A program made the translations under genes and the position numbers. The notes below the pieces were generated by a model that saw nothing but the letters and a program-made list of their open reading frames with translations, was not told the origin of the DNA and did no database searches. A stretch of DNA of 64,000 nucleotides from positions 1 to 64,000 of the IMG/VR virus record IMGVR_UViG_3300035698_035310; one strand, written 5' to 3'. This document shows, piece by piece, positions 19,828-28,629 of this stretch; the stretch's first letter is position 1; each line of letters opens with the position of its first letter.

Positions 19828-20220
19828 ATGGAATATGCATGGAATGATAAAATAGTTGAAGCGAATTTTAATTTTGATTCTGCGTATGAACATACGGAAT
19901 GGGGATGTGATGATGGATATACATCATTATCGGTGTTGATTAATCGATGCCAAAATATGATAAAACTAAGATACACAAATGTTAATCGCATCCCGCCAAA
20001 AGTGCCTATGCCGATAACGCCGTGGTCGTTTGTTCTTGATGACATAGATATAGTAGTATATATGACATTGCGGTGCTATGATATATTTCTTATGGACACA
20101 AAAACGTTTGATTATAGGCAGCATTTTACTATTAAAATCGATGACGATATGGATGATAATATAATAATAGTGTCATCTGTTGATAATGTATATACAGAAG
20201 CAATAAGAATTCTAAAATAA
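19828..20220 (+). CDS. Hypothetical protein
   Basis: AGGAG RBS, 130 aa. Confidence 0.65.
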   Translation: MEYAWNDKIVEANFNFDSAYEHTEWGCDDGYTSLSVLINRCQNMIKLRYTNVNRIPPKVPMPITPWSFVLDDIDIVVYMTLRCYDIFLMDTKTFDYRQHFTIKIDDDMDDNIIIVSSVDNVYTEAIRILK

Positions 20221-20256
20221 TATCTAACGCAGTGCTAATCACATAAGCCGTTATTT

Positions 20257-20331
20257 GCAGGGGTAGCTCAGTGGTAGAGCGGTTGGTTGAAGCCCAGCGC
20301 GTGAGGAGTTCGATTCTCTTTCCCTGCACCA
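20257..20331 (+). tRNA. tRNA-Phe(GAA)
   Basis: gttgg-ttGAAgc-ccagc; CCA. Confidence 0.9.
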
Positions 20332-20343
20332 ATACAATAATAT

Positions 20344-20419
20344 GGAACCCAGGTATATCTGGTGAGTACGCGTGGTTGAAGTTCACGAGGACGCAGTTCG
20401 ATCCTGCGGGGTTCCACCA
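20344..20419 (+). tRNA. tRNA-Phe(GAA)
   Basis: cgtgg-ttGAAgt-tcacg; CCA. Confidence 0.85.
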
Positions 20420-20434
20420 ATCAAAGACCATTAT

Positions 20435-20509
20435 GGACCGTAGGTGTAATGGCTGCATCCGAGCCTTTTAAGCTCAGGGGACAGAGTTCGATTCTCTGAT
20501 GGTCTACCA
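20435..20509 (+). tRNA. tRNA-Lys(TTT)
   Basis: gagc-ctTTTaa-gctc; CCA. Confidence 0.85.
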
Positions 20510-20518
20510 ATAATCAAT

Positions 20519-20594
20519 GCCGTATTAGTGACACTGGCTAACACGCCTGTTTTGTAATCAGGAAAATGGGGATCGATACCTCAATATGGCACCA
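20519..20594 (+). tRNA. tRNA-Thr(TGT)
   Basis: cctgt-ttTGTaa-tcagg; CCA. Confidence 0.8.
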
Positions 20595-20611
20595 ATAAAT
20601 AATACTATAGA

Positions 20612-20686
20612 GCCTCTGTAGTTAATCTGGTATAACGGTAGATTTGTAATCTTCAATGCGCGGTTCGAGTCCGTGTGGAGGCACCA
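20612..20686 (+). tRNA. tRNA-Thr(TGT)
   Basis: gtaga-ttTGTaa-tcttc; CCA. Confidence 0.85.
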
Positions 20687-20692
20687 ATAAAA

Positions 20693-21457
20693 TTAATCAT
20701 TGTGTAGTTGCGTTTTTTCATATTCATCGACATCAAGTTTTAATTGTTTATATGTGATAGATGATGTATTACGTTTTTTTACATTATCTTTCTGAAGCAT
20801 TATTTCACAATTTAATGGATGTGTAATATAATATGGATCATACTTGTTAACAATTGATTCATTTATAGATATTTTATGATCCCTCGCTACACCGTTTGAA
20901 TTTTTCTTTGGGACATACCAACCATGTTTTTTTATTAAATCTAAATTGAGTAGATTGGGATAATCATTGACATCAAATTTGAAATAATATGGACGTTTCG
21001 TAGTTTGAAGTTCTTTTGCTGTTCTACCATATTGTTCAACGCAGCATTGACATTTTGATATATACCGATCTTTGGCGGTGAAAAGTGTAATACAGGTGGA
21101 GCAAGTTCTAAACCATACCATGGAATATTCACCATCGATATATTTTTTTAGTTTATCCCATCTTTTTGGATAATGACCAATATCTTTTATGATTTTGATA
21201 TGACTTTTACTCATTCGTTCTTTAGTTTCATTGCTATGTTTGCGACGGCTATTATTATATTTGGCGGCACAAGATTGATTACAATATTTCTTTTTTATAA
21301 GTGCTTCATCGTATGACCATGATTTGCCGCATTGGTTGCATGTTTTTGGATTTTTATTATATTCGGCAATGCGATGGTTTTTTTGATTTATTTGCGTTTT
21401 TCGTGAAGCTATAAATCCTAATTTACCAGCTTCAGATTTGGACAATTTACATGTCAT
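20693..21457 (-). mobile_element. Free-standing HNH-type endonuclease, tRNA-array family copy 1
   Basis: CNQC/YCNQSC fingers; FKFDVNDYP...GVARDH...HPLNC...N. Confidence 0.75.
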
Positions 21458-21570
21458 GGCATATTTTTCCTTGTTATAAATAACTATGGCGGTAGATCAA
21501 TCCTTGTGTCTTTAGTGATAAGTGCTTCAACACTTGTCACGCCGCTACTACTATTTATAACTTATACTAA

Positions 21571-21664
21571 GTCGGATTTCCCTAACTGGTGTGGGTAGAA
21601 TCCATAATATGCACTGGGTGATCCTTATGTGCTGCACGTGGTTCGATTCCACGATCCGGCTCCA
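21571..21664 (+). tRNA. Atypical tRNA-like gene, CAT loop with long variable arm
   Basis: gtcggat/atccggc acceptor, T-arm, CCA; anticodon stem pairs poorly. Confidence 0.4.
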
Positions 21665-21707
21665 ATTAATTTTGTTCAATTAAATTCGAATCACTGATTG
21701 AACAATT

Positions 21708-21802
21708 GCTCATCCGGCGGGTTACATGAGCCACGCCATAACGGATTGAAATGAGCCATGCCGTTGGGTATGGATATCAGGAGTTTCGGTGATGAGCTAC
21801 CA
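21708..21802 (+). ncRNA. Unclassified RNA with acceptor-like stem and CCA-like end
   Basis: gctcatc/gatgagc + tacca; no T-arm. Confidence 0.4.
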
Positions 21803-21910
21803 ATTAACTAAGGTGAACGGTAGTAACCTTTAATGTGCGGCAGTGGTGCAATTCCCTAACTGATTGAGTTCGACTCTCATTCGGGTCTAGATGACAAAAC
21901 ATTATAATAT

Positions 21911-21994
21911 GGACGGTGATGTTAAGACTATGGCTGGGCCAGCGCAAGCCTCTTAAGCTTGTATAAAAGAGTTCGATTCTCTCACCGTCTTCCA
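21911..21994 (+). tRNA. tRNA-Lys(CTT) with enlarged D loop
   Basis: caagc-ctCTTaa-gcttg; CCA. Confidence 0.7.
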
Positions 21995-22296
21995 ATTATG
22001 CAGGCCATAGATGTTCCCTTTGTCCATTATTGGGAACTGTGGATGAAAACAAAAACGAAAGCAGGGTTAATGGACTGTGTGTAAGTTTTGTGATTAAAAG
22101 GGATGGTGCAAATCCAATTCCCCTGCGCCAAATTTGTTTGATCGTCTTTGGAATACAAGATACCGTTGTCGAAGGCGGAGACGTTGGTTCGAATCCAACT
22201 TGAACACTTATTGTTAGTAATGATTTTATGTACATAAATGATTTGCTAGGCGAAAGCCAATAGTTTGCTGGTTCTATTTCTTAAAAATCCTCTTAT

Positions 22297-22373
22297 GGTA
22301 GGTGTAGTGTTAACGGTTAGCACGTCAGACTGTGACTCTGAAAGTGCCGGTTCAAATCCGGTCATTTACCCCA
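22297..22373 (+). tRNA. tRNA-His(GTG) with encoded G-1
   Basis: tcaga-ctGTGac-tctga; G-1:C73; CCA. Confidence 0.9.
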
Positions 22374-22457
22374 AATTTAATGCTGCTTGAGTTCAGGGTT
22401 CCAAGTAGATATTGTGGCTAAACCTAGCCGGTTCTAGCGTGATAATAAATTTTTAAT

Positions 22458-22533
22458 GGCTACGTAGTAATCTGGGATTACGGTGCACTGTCGATGCACG
22501 TCGAGGAGGGTTCAATTCCCTTCGTAGCCGCCA
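22458..22533 (+). tRNA. tRNA-Asp(GTC)
   Basis: gtgca-ctGTCga-tgcac; GCCA. Confidence 0.9.
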
Positions 22534-22535
22534 AT

Positions 22536-22607
22536 ACCCCAGCCGATGCATTCGGACTCGAGTTTTCGAAACTTGACGGGAAGGTTTGATTCCTTCTTGG
22601 GGTGCCA
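22536..22607 (+). tRNA. tRNA-Arg(TCG)
   Basis: cgagt-ttTCGaa-acttg; short D arm; GCCA. Confidence 0.8.
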
Positions 22608-22723
22608 ATTTAAAGAACGAGGGTGTAAACCGGTAGGAACTTACGTTGAACGGGATTTGCGGCAAAACCTACTTGCCAATTAACCTGTGATTTTAATAGT
22701 CGGTAGCACCCCGCAGAAATAAT

Positions 22724-22798
22724 GGTCTATTCGTATAGTGGCTAATACACCGGATTGTCGATCCGGGAACGAGAGTTCAATTCTCTCATAGACCGCCA
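22724..22798 (+). tRNA. tRNA-Asp(GTC)
   Basis: ccgga-ttGTCga-tccgg; GCCA. Confidence 0.9.
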
Positions 22799-22803
22799 AT
22801 TAA

Positions 22804-22881
22804 GGCCCATCGGTCCAGCATGGAGTGGACATTTCCCTGTCACGGAAAAGATCACCGGTTCAAGTCCGGTATGGGTCGCCA
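22804..22881 (+). tRNA. tRNA-Asp(GTC)
   Basis: tttcc-ctGTCac-ggaaa; GCCA. Confidence 0.9.
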
Positions 22882-22889
22882 AAATTCAA

Positions 22890-22965
22890 TTCAGATGACC
22901 AAGCAAGTGAACGGGACCGCCTGTTAAGCGGATATTGCAGGGAGCGTTACCCTGATCTGGAGCCA
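22890..22965 (+). tRNA. tRNA-Asn(GTT)
   Basis: ccgc-ctGTTaa-gcgg; U1:A72, G73; non-standard T loop. Confidence 0.8.
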
Positions 22966-23594
22966 ATAACTTTATATTTTTTGTCCCATTCATTTATTCG
23001 ATGGTATAAATCATATAATGATAAACTTGAATGACGATTTTTAGATGAATTTTCTGGCTGTGGCATTATCTTGCAGTTCGCTGGATGTGATATATGATTT
23101 GGGTCTATTTTGTTTACAAATCCATCATGTACACTATACATGTGATCTCTTGTTAATCCGTTTTTATTTTTGGTACTATGATACATGCCCTGTTGATGTA
23201 TCATTATAAAATCAAATTCTTCTGGAAATGTTTGAAATGAAAATATAAATTTACATTGTTCTTTATATTTTATCTTCTCAATCATGTATTCTTGTGGTGT
23301 CACCCTCATGGCATTTGTGCAAGTAACTGCACAACTTCTTCCGCAATAATATTCACGAGTTCCGGTTATAGGGCTAAATTTATTATTACATGTTGGATTT
23401 TTACACTCGATTAGTCGTTTTTGATATTTTGTTAAATTTTTTACCGATATTTCTTTTTTGGTGAATATGCAACTACATGTAATATGTGATATTTTACCGT
23501 TGCTTTTGCCATGCATACGTGAATGACCATTCAATGCCATTAAGGATTTAAATTGATTATCGCATATATTACATGTATAAATATCTTTAGACAT
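22947..23594 (-). mobile_element. Free-standing HNH-type endonuclease copy 2 (true start ATG 23594; 3' end overlaps tRNA-Asn antisense)
   Basis: GGAGG RBS at 23601-23605; C2H2 finger; CKFIFSF..FP...GLTRDH...HPANC. Confidence 0.75.
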
Positions 23595-23683
23595 TATCAA
23601 CCTCCATTGGTTGTTATAGTTTAGAAGATATGGGGAATTCCAGTTCTCTATATCTTCGTTAGTATTTATCAATAACATATTAT

Positions 23684-23769
23684 TCGGATATAGGAGAATT
23701 GGTAGACCCAGAAGATTGTTAATCTTCCGCAGCAATGCATTCCAGGTTCGAGTCCTGGTATCCGAGCCA
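23684..23769 (+). tRNA. tRNA-Asn(GTT) with long variable arm
   Basis: gaaga-ttGTTaa-tcttc; gca-gcaa-tgc V arm; GCCA. Confidence 0.8.
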
Positions 23770-23770
23770 A

Positions 23771-23908
23771 TAACACCGTAGCGTAGAAAATAGTTACTTC
23801 GTTTCACTCACGACTGGAATGGGTTCGATTCCCATGCCCTGCGTAAGCAGGGTTTAGTGTAATGGTAGCACAGTATATCTCTATTTTCGTTTTTTACTCG
23901 GTGTTGTT
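23771..23908 (+). ncRNA. yrlA: YrlA-class Y RNA (tRNA-mimic)
   Basis: taacaccg/cggtgttg and gaaaatag/ctattttc end helices enclosing T-arm (atggg-ttcgatt-cccat), loop-closed acceptor (ccctgc-gtaa-gcaggg) and D-arm in permuted order. Confidence 0.8.
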
Positions 23909-23956
23909 ATTAATAAATAGAATTATACAAATTATTAGATTGGAGTTGTTATTTAA

Positions 23957-24280
23957 ATGAGTGACGAACGACGAAATAGTTCCAGATTTTCGACTGGGCG
24001 TGTATCATATTTACGATTGAACGATTATTATTTTCCATTGGTTGATATTAGTGATGATGGATTTTTTGCGGAATGCAGTGATGGTTCATTGAGTATTGGC
24101 GATGTTGTTGATATTGAAATACATATCAGTGATCGACATGGAATAGCTACATTTAACACTGAAACAGAGATACTGCGTGTTGGCGGTAGATTTATTGCAG
24201 GAAAATGGGATTTAGAATTAAACAGGGCTACGGATTGCGTTAAAACTTATTTTGACAATAGGCACGCACAAGTAGCATAA
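23957..24280 (+). CDS. PilZ-domain protein
   Basis: ERRNSSR (RxxxR) and DISDDG (DxSxxG). Confidence 0.75.
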   Translation: MSDERRNSSRFSTGRVSYLRLNDYYFPLVDISDDGFFAECSDGSLSIGDVVDIEIHISDRHGIATFNTETEILRVGGRFIAGKWDLELNRATDCVKTYFDNRHAQVA

Positions 24281-24287
24281 TACAAAT

Positions 24288-24444
<157 letters not shown>

Positions 24445-24452
24445 GATTTCAT

Positions 24453-24526
24453 AGGGGTATCGTATAGTGGTAATACGGTGGATTCCAAACTCACAGACCG
24501 GGGTTCGATCCCTCGTTCCCCTGCCA
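24453..24526 (+). tRNA. tRNA-Trp(CCA)
   Basis: gtgga-ttCCAaa-ctcac; GCCA. Confidence 0.85.
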
Positions 24527-24542
24527 ATTTAACGAGAATAAC

Positions 24543-25769
24543 ATGCATTTTATAATAAGTATCGATAGTGTATCAACGGATAGTCGGCATTATGACTGTG
24601 CCAAAAGTGATGAAAACTGTTGGCTTGATATATACGATGGCAATATCTATAACGATACTATATTAACCAATGCATTTTCATATAAAAACAAAACGATAAA
24701 ACTTGATAAAGGTTGGCATACATTAGACCGCGACAAAGATGTTGTATGGTTTAAGGGTTATTCAACAGAAGCAAGATTGATTGATAGGGTTGAAGCCCGT
24801 AATTATTCATCAATGGATGGAAATTATTGTTTTATTGTGTTTGATAAAACGACAGAATGTATTAACATATATCATGATACCAATCGTGGATTTGGTATAT
24901 ATTATACAGATTCTATTATAACCAATTTATATACAATCAAAACATGCGTTAAGTTTGACGGGTGTATCATGGTAGATCACAATGACGAAATAATTGTTTC
25001 ATCGTTACAGACAACGTTCACATTGCCTGATATAATTAAAGACAAATCTATTGACGATATGGCTGCTATTATAGCGCCTATGATGATTAAGAAAATCGAA
25101 GGATTTATGAAATATAATAATGTGGTTGATTTAGAAATACAAGCAACTGGCGGTTTAGATACATTAACGGTGCGTGCATTATTAGATATCTGCGCGATTG
25201 ATTATAAATTGATTGATATAAAACCATTTAAAGATGGATGCAACTGGACTAATGATACAAATTCAATGATGGATATATTATCAAAATATCATTGGGGATT
25301 TCAGCAATGCAATTATTATGATGATATTACATATGTTGCCACTGGTTTTTGGGGCGATGAGTTATTGATGCGCAATCCGCTTCAAGTTCATTGGATATTG
25401 AATCATTATGATATTGATTTATCGAATGAATATACAAAGCACCCTGATTCATATATGCTAGGATATTTTCAACAAGCGTATAAAGAGAAACTTATAGAAC
25501 GCGATAAAATATTTTCCAATGAAAATGAATTATATCAATATTCATTAGATTATGCACTTGATGAACCACAGATAACGCATGTTGATAATGTTATAATGTT
25601 TTCACCATTTAAGGGTATTGACATATATATGAAAACACTCAATATGACGAATGAGGCAATATTAGAACAGGTTATAAATGGTGCACTGCAAAAGAAAATT
25701 ATATACGATATTAATCCTAAGTTATTGGATTGCTTAGAAAAATATAAAAATAGAAGAATACCAGTGTAA
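24543..25769 (+). CDS. Asparagine-synthase-like / adenine nucleotide alpha-hydrolase family protein
   Basis: TGGLDT (SGGxDS-like PP loop), TGFWGDE, upstream G.Y...D..R.F segment. Confidence 0.5.
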   Translation: MHFIISIDSVSTDSRHYDCAKSDENCWLDIYDGNIYNDTILTNAFSYKNKTIKLDKGWHTLDRDKDVVWFKGYSTEARLIDRVEARNYSSMDGNYCFIVFDKTTECINIYHDTNRGFGIYYTDSIITNLYTIKTCVKFDGCIMVDHNDEIIVSSLQTTFTLPDIIKDKSIDDMAAIIAPMMIKKIEGFMKYNNVVDLEIQATGGLDTLTVRALLDICAIDYKLIDIKPFKDGCNWTNDTNSMMDILSKYHWGFQQCNYYDDITYVATGFWGDELLMRNPLQVHWILNHYDIDLSNEYTKHPDSYMLGYFQQAYKEKLIERDKIFSNENELYQYSLDYALDEPQITHVDNVIMFSPFKGIDIYMKTLNMTNEAILEQVINGALQKKIIYDINPKLLDCLEKYKNRRIPV

Positions 25770-25831
25770 TATACCCCGCCCGAAAAGTAAAAATAGCTGT
25801 TAAGTATTTCATAAATAAGCATAAATACTAT

Positions 25832-26101
25832 ATGGATAATAGTACATTAATAGCGTTAGGAAGTTTGTTGTTTGCCATGATTGGTGGATTTTGGGGTGTC
25901 ATAACATACATCCTTGGAATCATCAAGGTGGAAAACGTTGAACGTCGTGGTGTCCAAGAAAAATTATATATGCGCGATGATGTAGCCAAAGATGTAATGA
26001 ACGAAAGTTTAACAGAAGTAAAAAGTACCATCCGTGATACGAATGATAGACTCATACGTGTAGAAACAATATTATATGAAAGAACTGATAGAACAAAATA
26101 A
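25832..26101 (+). CDS. Small late membrane protein (single TM + coiled coil)
   Basis: CATAAATA x2 upstream. Confidence 0.6.
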   Translation: MDNSTLIALGSLLFAMIGGFWGVITYILGIIKVENVERRGVQEKLYMRDDVAKDVMNESLTEVKSTIRDTNDRLIRVETILYERTDRTK

Positions 26102-26147
26102 AATATGGTTTTTAAGCAAAACGGTAATACGTTGTATAAATAGTTAT

Positions 26148-26711
26148 ATGGTTGATTTAAGAAAGAGTTTGCAAACACCAAAAGTTTGCTGTATTGAATG
26201 TAAAACAATATTTAGAACTAATCATTTTGTTAGACACTCGAAGAAGCGATGTATTGAGTGGAAAAAGAAAAACGGCATGATCCCAAAAGGGAAGCGTGGC
26301 GGTTGGAATAAAGGATTAACGAAAATGACTAGTTCGTTGGTCAAAAAAGGAACCGATACTTATCGTCGCCGTTATGAAAATGGTGAATATACACGACGCA
26401 CACAAACCGATGATATAAAGAAACAATATTGGCAAGATTGTAAATTTAAATTCAATGTTTATAATTATCCTGAAATATTTGACTTAAATTTACTCGATAA
26501 ATTTGGGTGGTATCATCCTGTAGAAAATCCAAGTGGCGTAAGTAGAGATCATATTATTTCTGTATCATATGGATGGAAAAATGGTATAGATTCGAATATT
26601 ATTAATCATATAGCCAATTGTAAATTGATGATTCATTTAGAAAATAACAAAAAAAATAATCGATCTGATTTATTATTAGAAGAATTATTACAAAAAATAC
26701 ACTCTATGTAG
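26148..26711 (+). mobile_element. Free-standing HNH-type endonuclease copy 3 (probable start ATG 26148)
   Basis: TATAAATA at 26135; CKFKFNVYNYP...GVSRDH...HIANC. Confidence 0.75.
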
Positions 26712-26742
26712 GGGTGGTGTGAATCTGAACCCTTACTCCAAT

Positions 26743-26816
26743 GTTCCGTTGACAGAATGGTTATGTGCGTGGCTGCAACCCGCGTTATCCCGGTTCGATT
26801 CCGGGACGGAACTCCA
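26743..26816 (+). tRNA. tRNA-Cys(GCA)
   Basis: cgtgg-ctGCAac-ccgcg; TCCA. Confidence 0.92.
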
Positions 26817-26824
26817 ATACATAT

Positions 26825-26899
26825 GCCCGGTTCGTCCAACGGTTAGGACACTCTCCCGATAAGAGAGGAATAGTGGTTCGATTCCACTACTGGGTACCA
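26825..26899 (+). tRNA. tRNA-Ile(GAT)
   Basis: ctctc-ccGATaa-gagag; ACCA. Confidence 0.88.
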
Positions 26900-26920
26900 A
26901 TCAAACAATTTGACCTTAAT

Positions 26921-26994
26921 GGTCCGTTAGCTTAATAGAAAAGCACATGGCTGATAACCGTGCGACGGTGGAGCGTAACCATCACGGACTACCA
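26921..26994 (+). tRNA. tRNA-Ile(GAT)
   Basis: catgg-ctGATaa-ccgtg; ACCA. Confidence 0.85.
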
Positions 26995-27110
26995 ATTATG
27001 ACATGATAGTTTAAACAGCTTATTAAATCCATGGATTGTGAGCAAAAGTAGAACATGCCCGTATTCGGGGCAAGATGAGGTGAAATGCCTTGAATGTCGC
27101 CAAGTTTAAT

Positions 27111-27184
27111 GCGGGTATCGTATAATGGAATTACTACACATTGCCTATGTGTAGACGGGGGTTCGATTCCCCCTACCCGCTCCA
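27111..27184 (+). tRNA. tRNA-Gly(GCC)
   Basis: acaca-ttGCCta-tgtgt; TCCA. Confidence 0.88.
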
Positions 27185-27196
27185 ATAAATAGAAAT

Positions 27197-27451
27197 ATGA
27201 ACAGAGAAACATTTGCCAATGCGTTAGAATACTATAGAAATATCAATATCCCACATGGATTTGATACGTGGGCTTATTTTGATGATATGCCGCCTGTTTT
27301 AAAGGAACGTGTTCGTGAATCGATGTCAAATAGAAATAGTGTAGCCATACATCAGATATTCAATGACGATGGCATGGAAGTGGCTATTGCAGTTCTAAAT
27401 TTTTTAGACGAAACTGAAAAAGCGCAATATTATAAAACATACGACGATTAA
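27197..27451 (+). CDS. Hypothetical protein
   Basis: 84-aa ORF between tRNAs. Confidence 0.55.
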   Translation: MNRETFANALEYYRNINIPHGFDTWAYFDDMPPVLKERVRESMSNRNSVAIHQIFNDDGMEVAIAVLNFLDETEKAQYYKTYDD

Positions 27452-27454
27452 TAT

Positions 27455-27541
27455 AGAAGTACTTTGTATTGGTGAACTCAGCAGTCTCCAAAACTGTGTC
27501 GCATTTGTGACTGGTAGGTTCGAATCCTACTACTTCTGCCA
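27455..27541 (+). tRNA. tRNA-Trp(CCA) with long variable arm
   Basis: gcagt-ctCCAaa-actgt; gtcgc-attt-gtgac V arm; GCCA. Confidence 0.8.
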
Positions 27542-27596
27542 ATTTAACTCCCCATGATAAATATCATTTGTGACATAACGCGAATGGGGTAATATC

Positions 27597-27929
27597 ATGA
27601 TGGACGATGATACAAAAAACAGGTTCATAAAAACATTCAGTGATTATATCACAATGATTAAAGGCAAGCATGAATGTGCAAGACTTGTTGATATTAAAAT
27701 GATGGATTTATATACAATTGCGCCACATATATGCATTGTAGATATAGAACATCCATCGTTACGAAAGAAAATTATATTTTTTGGAACACAATTGGTATTA
27801 AACGCTAATGCTGATTTAACTGGAACATACCTCGACTATGATGAATTAAACATTGATGATATATCCTTTCCATTATATGGTGATGGTGATATTATTGATC
27901 ACATTATAAGTGTTTCATTCAAAAATTAA
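27597..27929 (+). CDS. PAS-like domain protein
   Basis: L...APHICIVDI...FFGT.L...ADLTG.YLD pattern. Confidence 0.55.
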   Translation: MMDDDTKNRFIKTFSDYITMIKGKHECARLVDIKMMDLYTIAPHICIVDIEHPSLRKKIIFFGTQLVLNANADLTGTYLDYDELNIDDISFPLYGDGDIIDHIISVSFKN

Positions 27930-27932
27930 TAT

Positions 27933-28003
27933 ACCTCCGCTGATGGTTCAGACATAAGCTTGCGAAGCTTGTTGGGAAAGTTCGATTCTTTTCGGGGGTT
28001 CCA
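27933..28003 (+). tRNA. tRNA-Arg(GCG)
   Basis: taagc-ttGCGaa-gcttg; short D arm; TCCA. Confidence 0.75.
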
Positions 28004-28004
28004 A

Positions 28005-28150
28005 TATTGTTATAGCTATGGAAATTAGTTCCTTCTTATCCCAACCTGTAGGTCGTAGGTTCGAATCCTGCTCCTCGCGCCAATTATGCGGGGATAGCTC
28101 AGTGGTAGAGCAACTGGCAATTTTACTGGTTCCAATTATTATAGCAATAT
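28005..28150 (+). ncRNA. Circularly permuted tRNA-like RNA / YrlA variant
   Basis: 3' tRNA half with GCCA, linker attat, then 5' half, all inside atattgttata/tatagcaatat stem; CTATGG-N6-GTTCCTTC variant motif. Confidence 0.75.
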
Positions 28151-28165
28151 TTTATTAAATAGGTC

Positions 28166-28360
28166 ATGAACAAGTATGACACGGCGTATAGAAATCGCAT
28201 TGCTGCCCAACGCAAACAGTGGGCAAACAATACGAAACAGCGTTTGTGGAATAAACGAATAAAGATATTGTATATTGCATGTGTATGTATTATAATCTCT
28301 TTATCGGTTGCGGCAGAAGTATTTGGATATTTAAATATAATATTTGGTTTTTTGTTGTAA
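28166..28360 (+). CDS. Small membrane protein
   Basis: C-terminal hydrophobic helices. Confidence 0.5.
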   Translation: MNKYDTAYRNRIAAQRKQWANNTKQRLWNKRIKILYIACVCIIISLSVAAEVFGYLNIIFGFLL

Positions 28361-28368
28361 CATGATAT

Positions 28369-28446
28369 TGACTAGTAGCTCAGTGGTTTAGAGCGGGGAG
28401 TTCTAAACTCTCGACAGCGTTGGTTCAAATCCAACCTGGTCAACCA
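28369..28446 (+). tRNA. Amber suppressor tRNA (CTA)
   Basis: gggag-ttCTAaa-ctctc; intact cloverleaf; ACCA. Confidence 0.85.
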
Positions 28447-28453
28447 ATACTAA

Positions 28454-28625
28454 GCGGGTATCGTATAATGGTATTATCGCAGCCTTCCATGTGATATGTT
28501 TAACATATCTCAGGTTGAGCCATTTATTGGCTCCTTGAAGGTCGAGGGTTCAGACCCCATCCGGTTTAAGCCCGGTAGACCAACTTAAGCTGATGACGGG
28601 AGTTCGATTCTCCCTACCCGCTCCA
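28454..28625 (+). tRNA. tRNA-Gly(TCC) with 98-nt intron at 37/38 (28490-28587)
   Basis: 5' exon ends cagc-ctTCCa; 3' exon a-gctga...TCCA; exons make a standard Gly cloverleaf. Confidence 0.85.
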
Positions 28626-28629
28626 ATAT

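Noticed and set aside
17341-22665. Track ORFs 17341-17643(-), 17892-18161, 19437-19649, 20271-20471, 21804-21995, 21996-22235, 22453-22665
   Set aside because: They overlap tRNA, leader or ncRNA sequence and lack RBSs; treated as shadow ORFs.
28590-28597. ctgatga hammerhead core next to the tRNA intron
   Set aside because: It is ordinary tRNA-Gly exon sequence (anticodon stem plus V loop).
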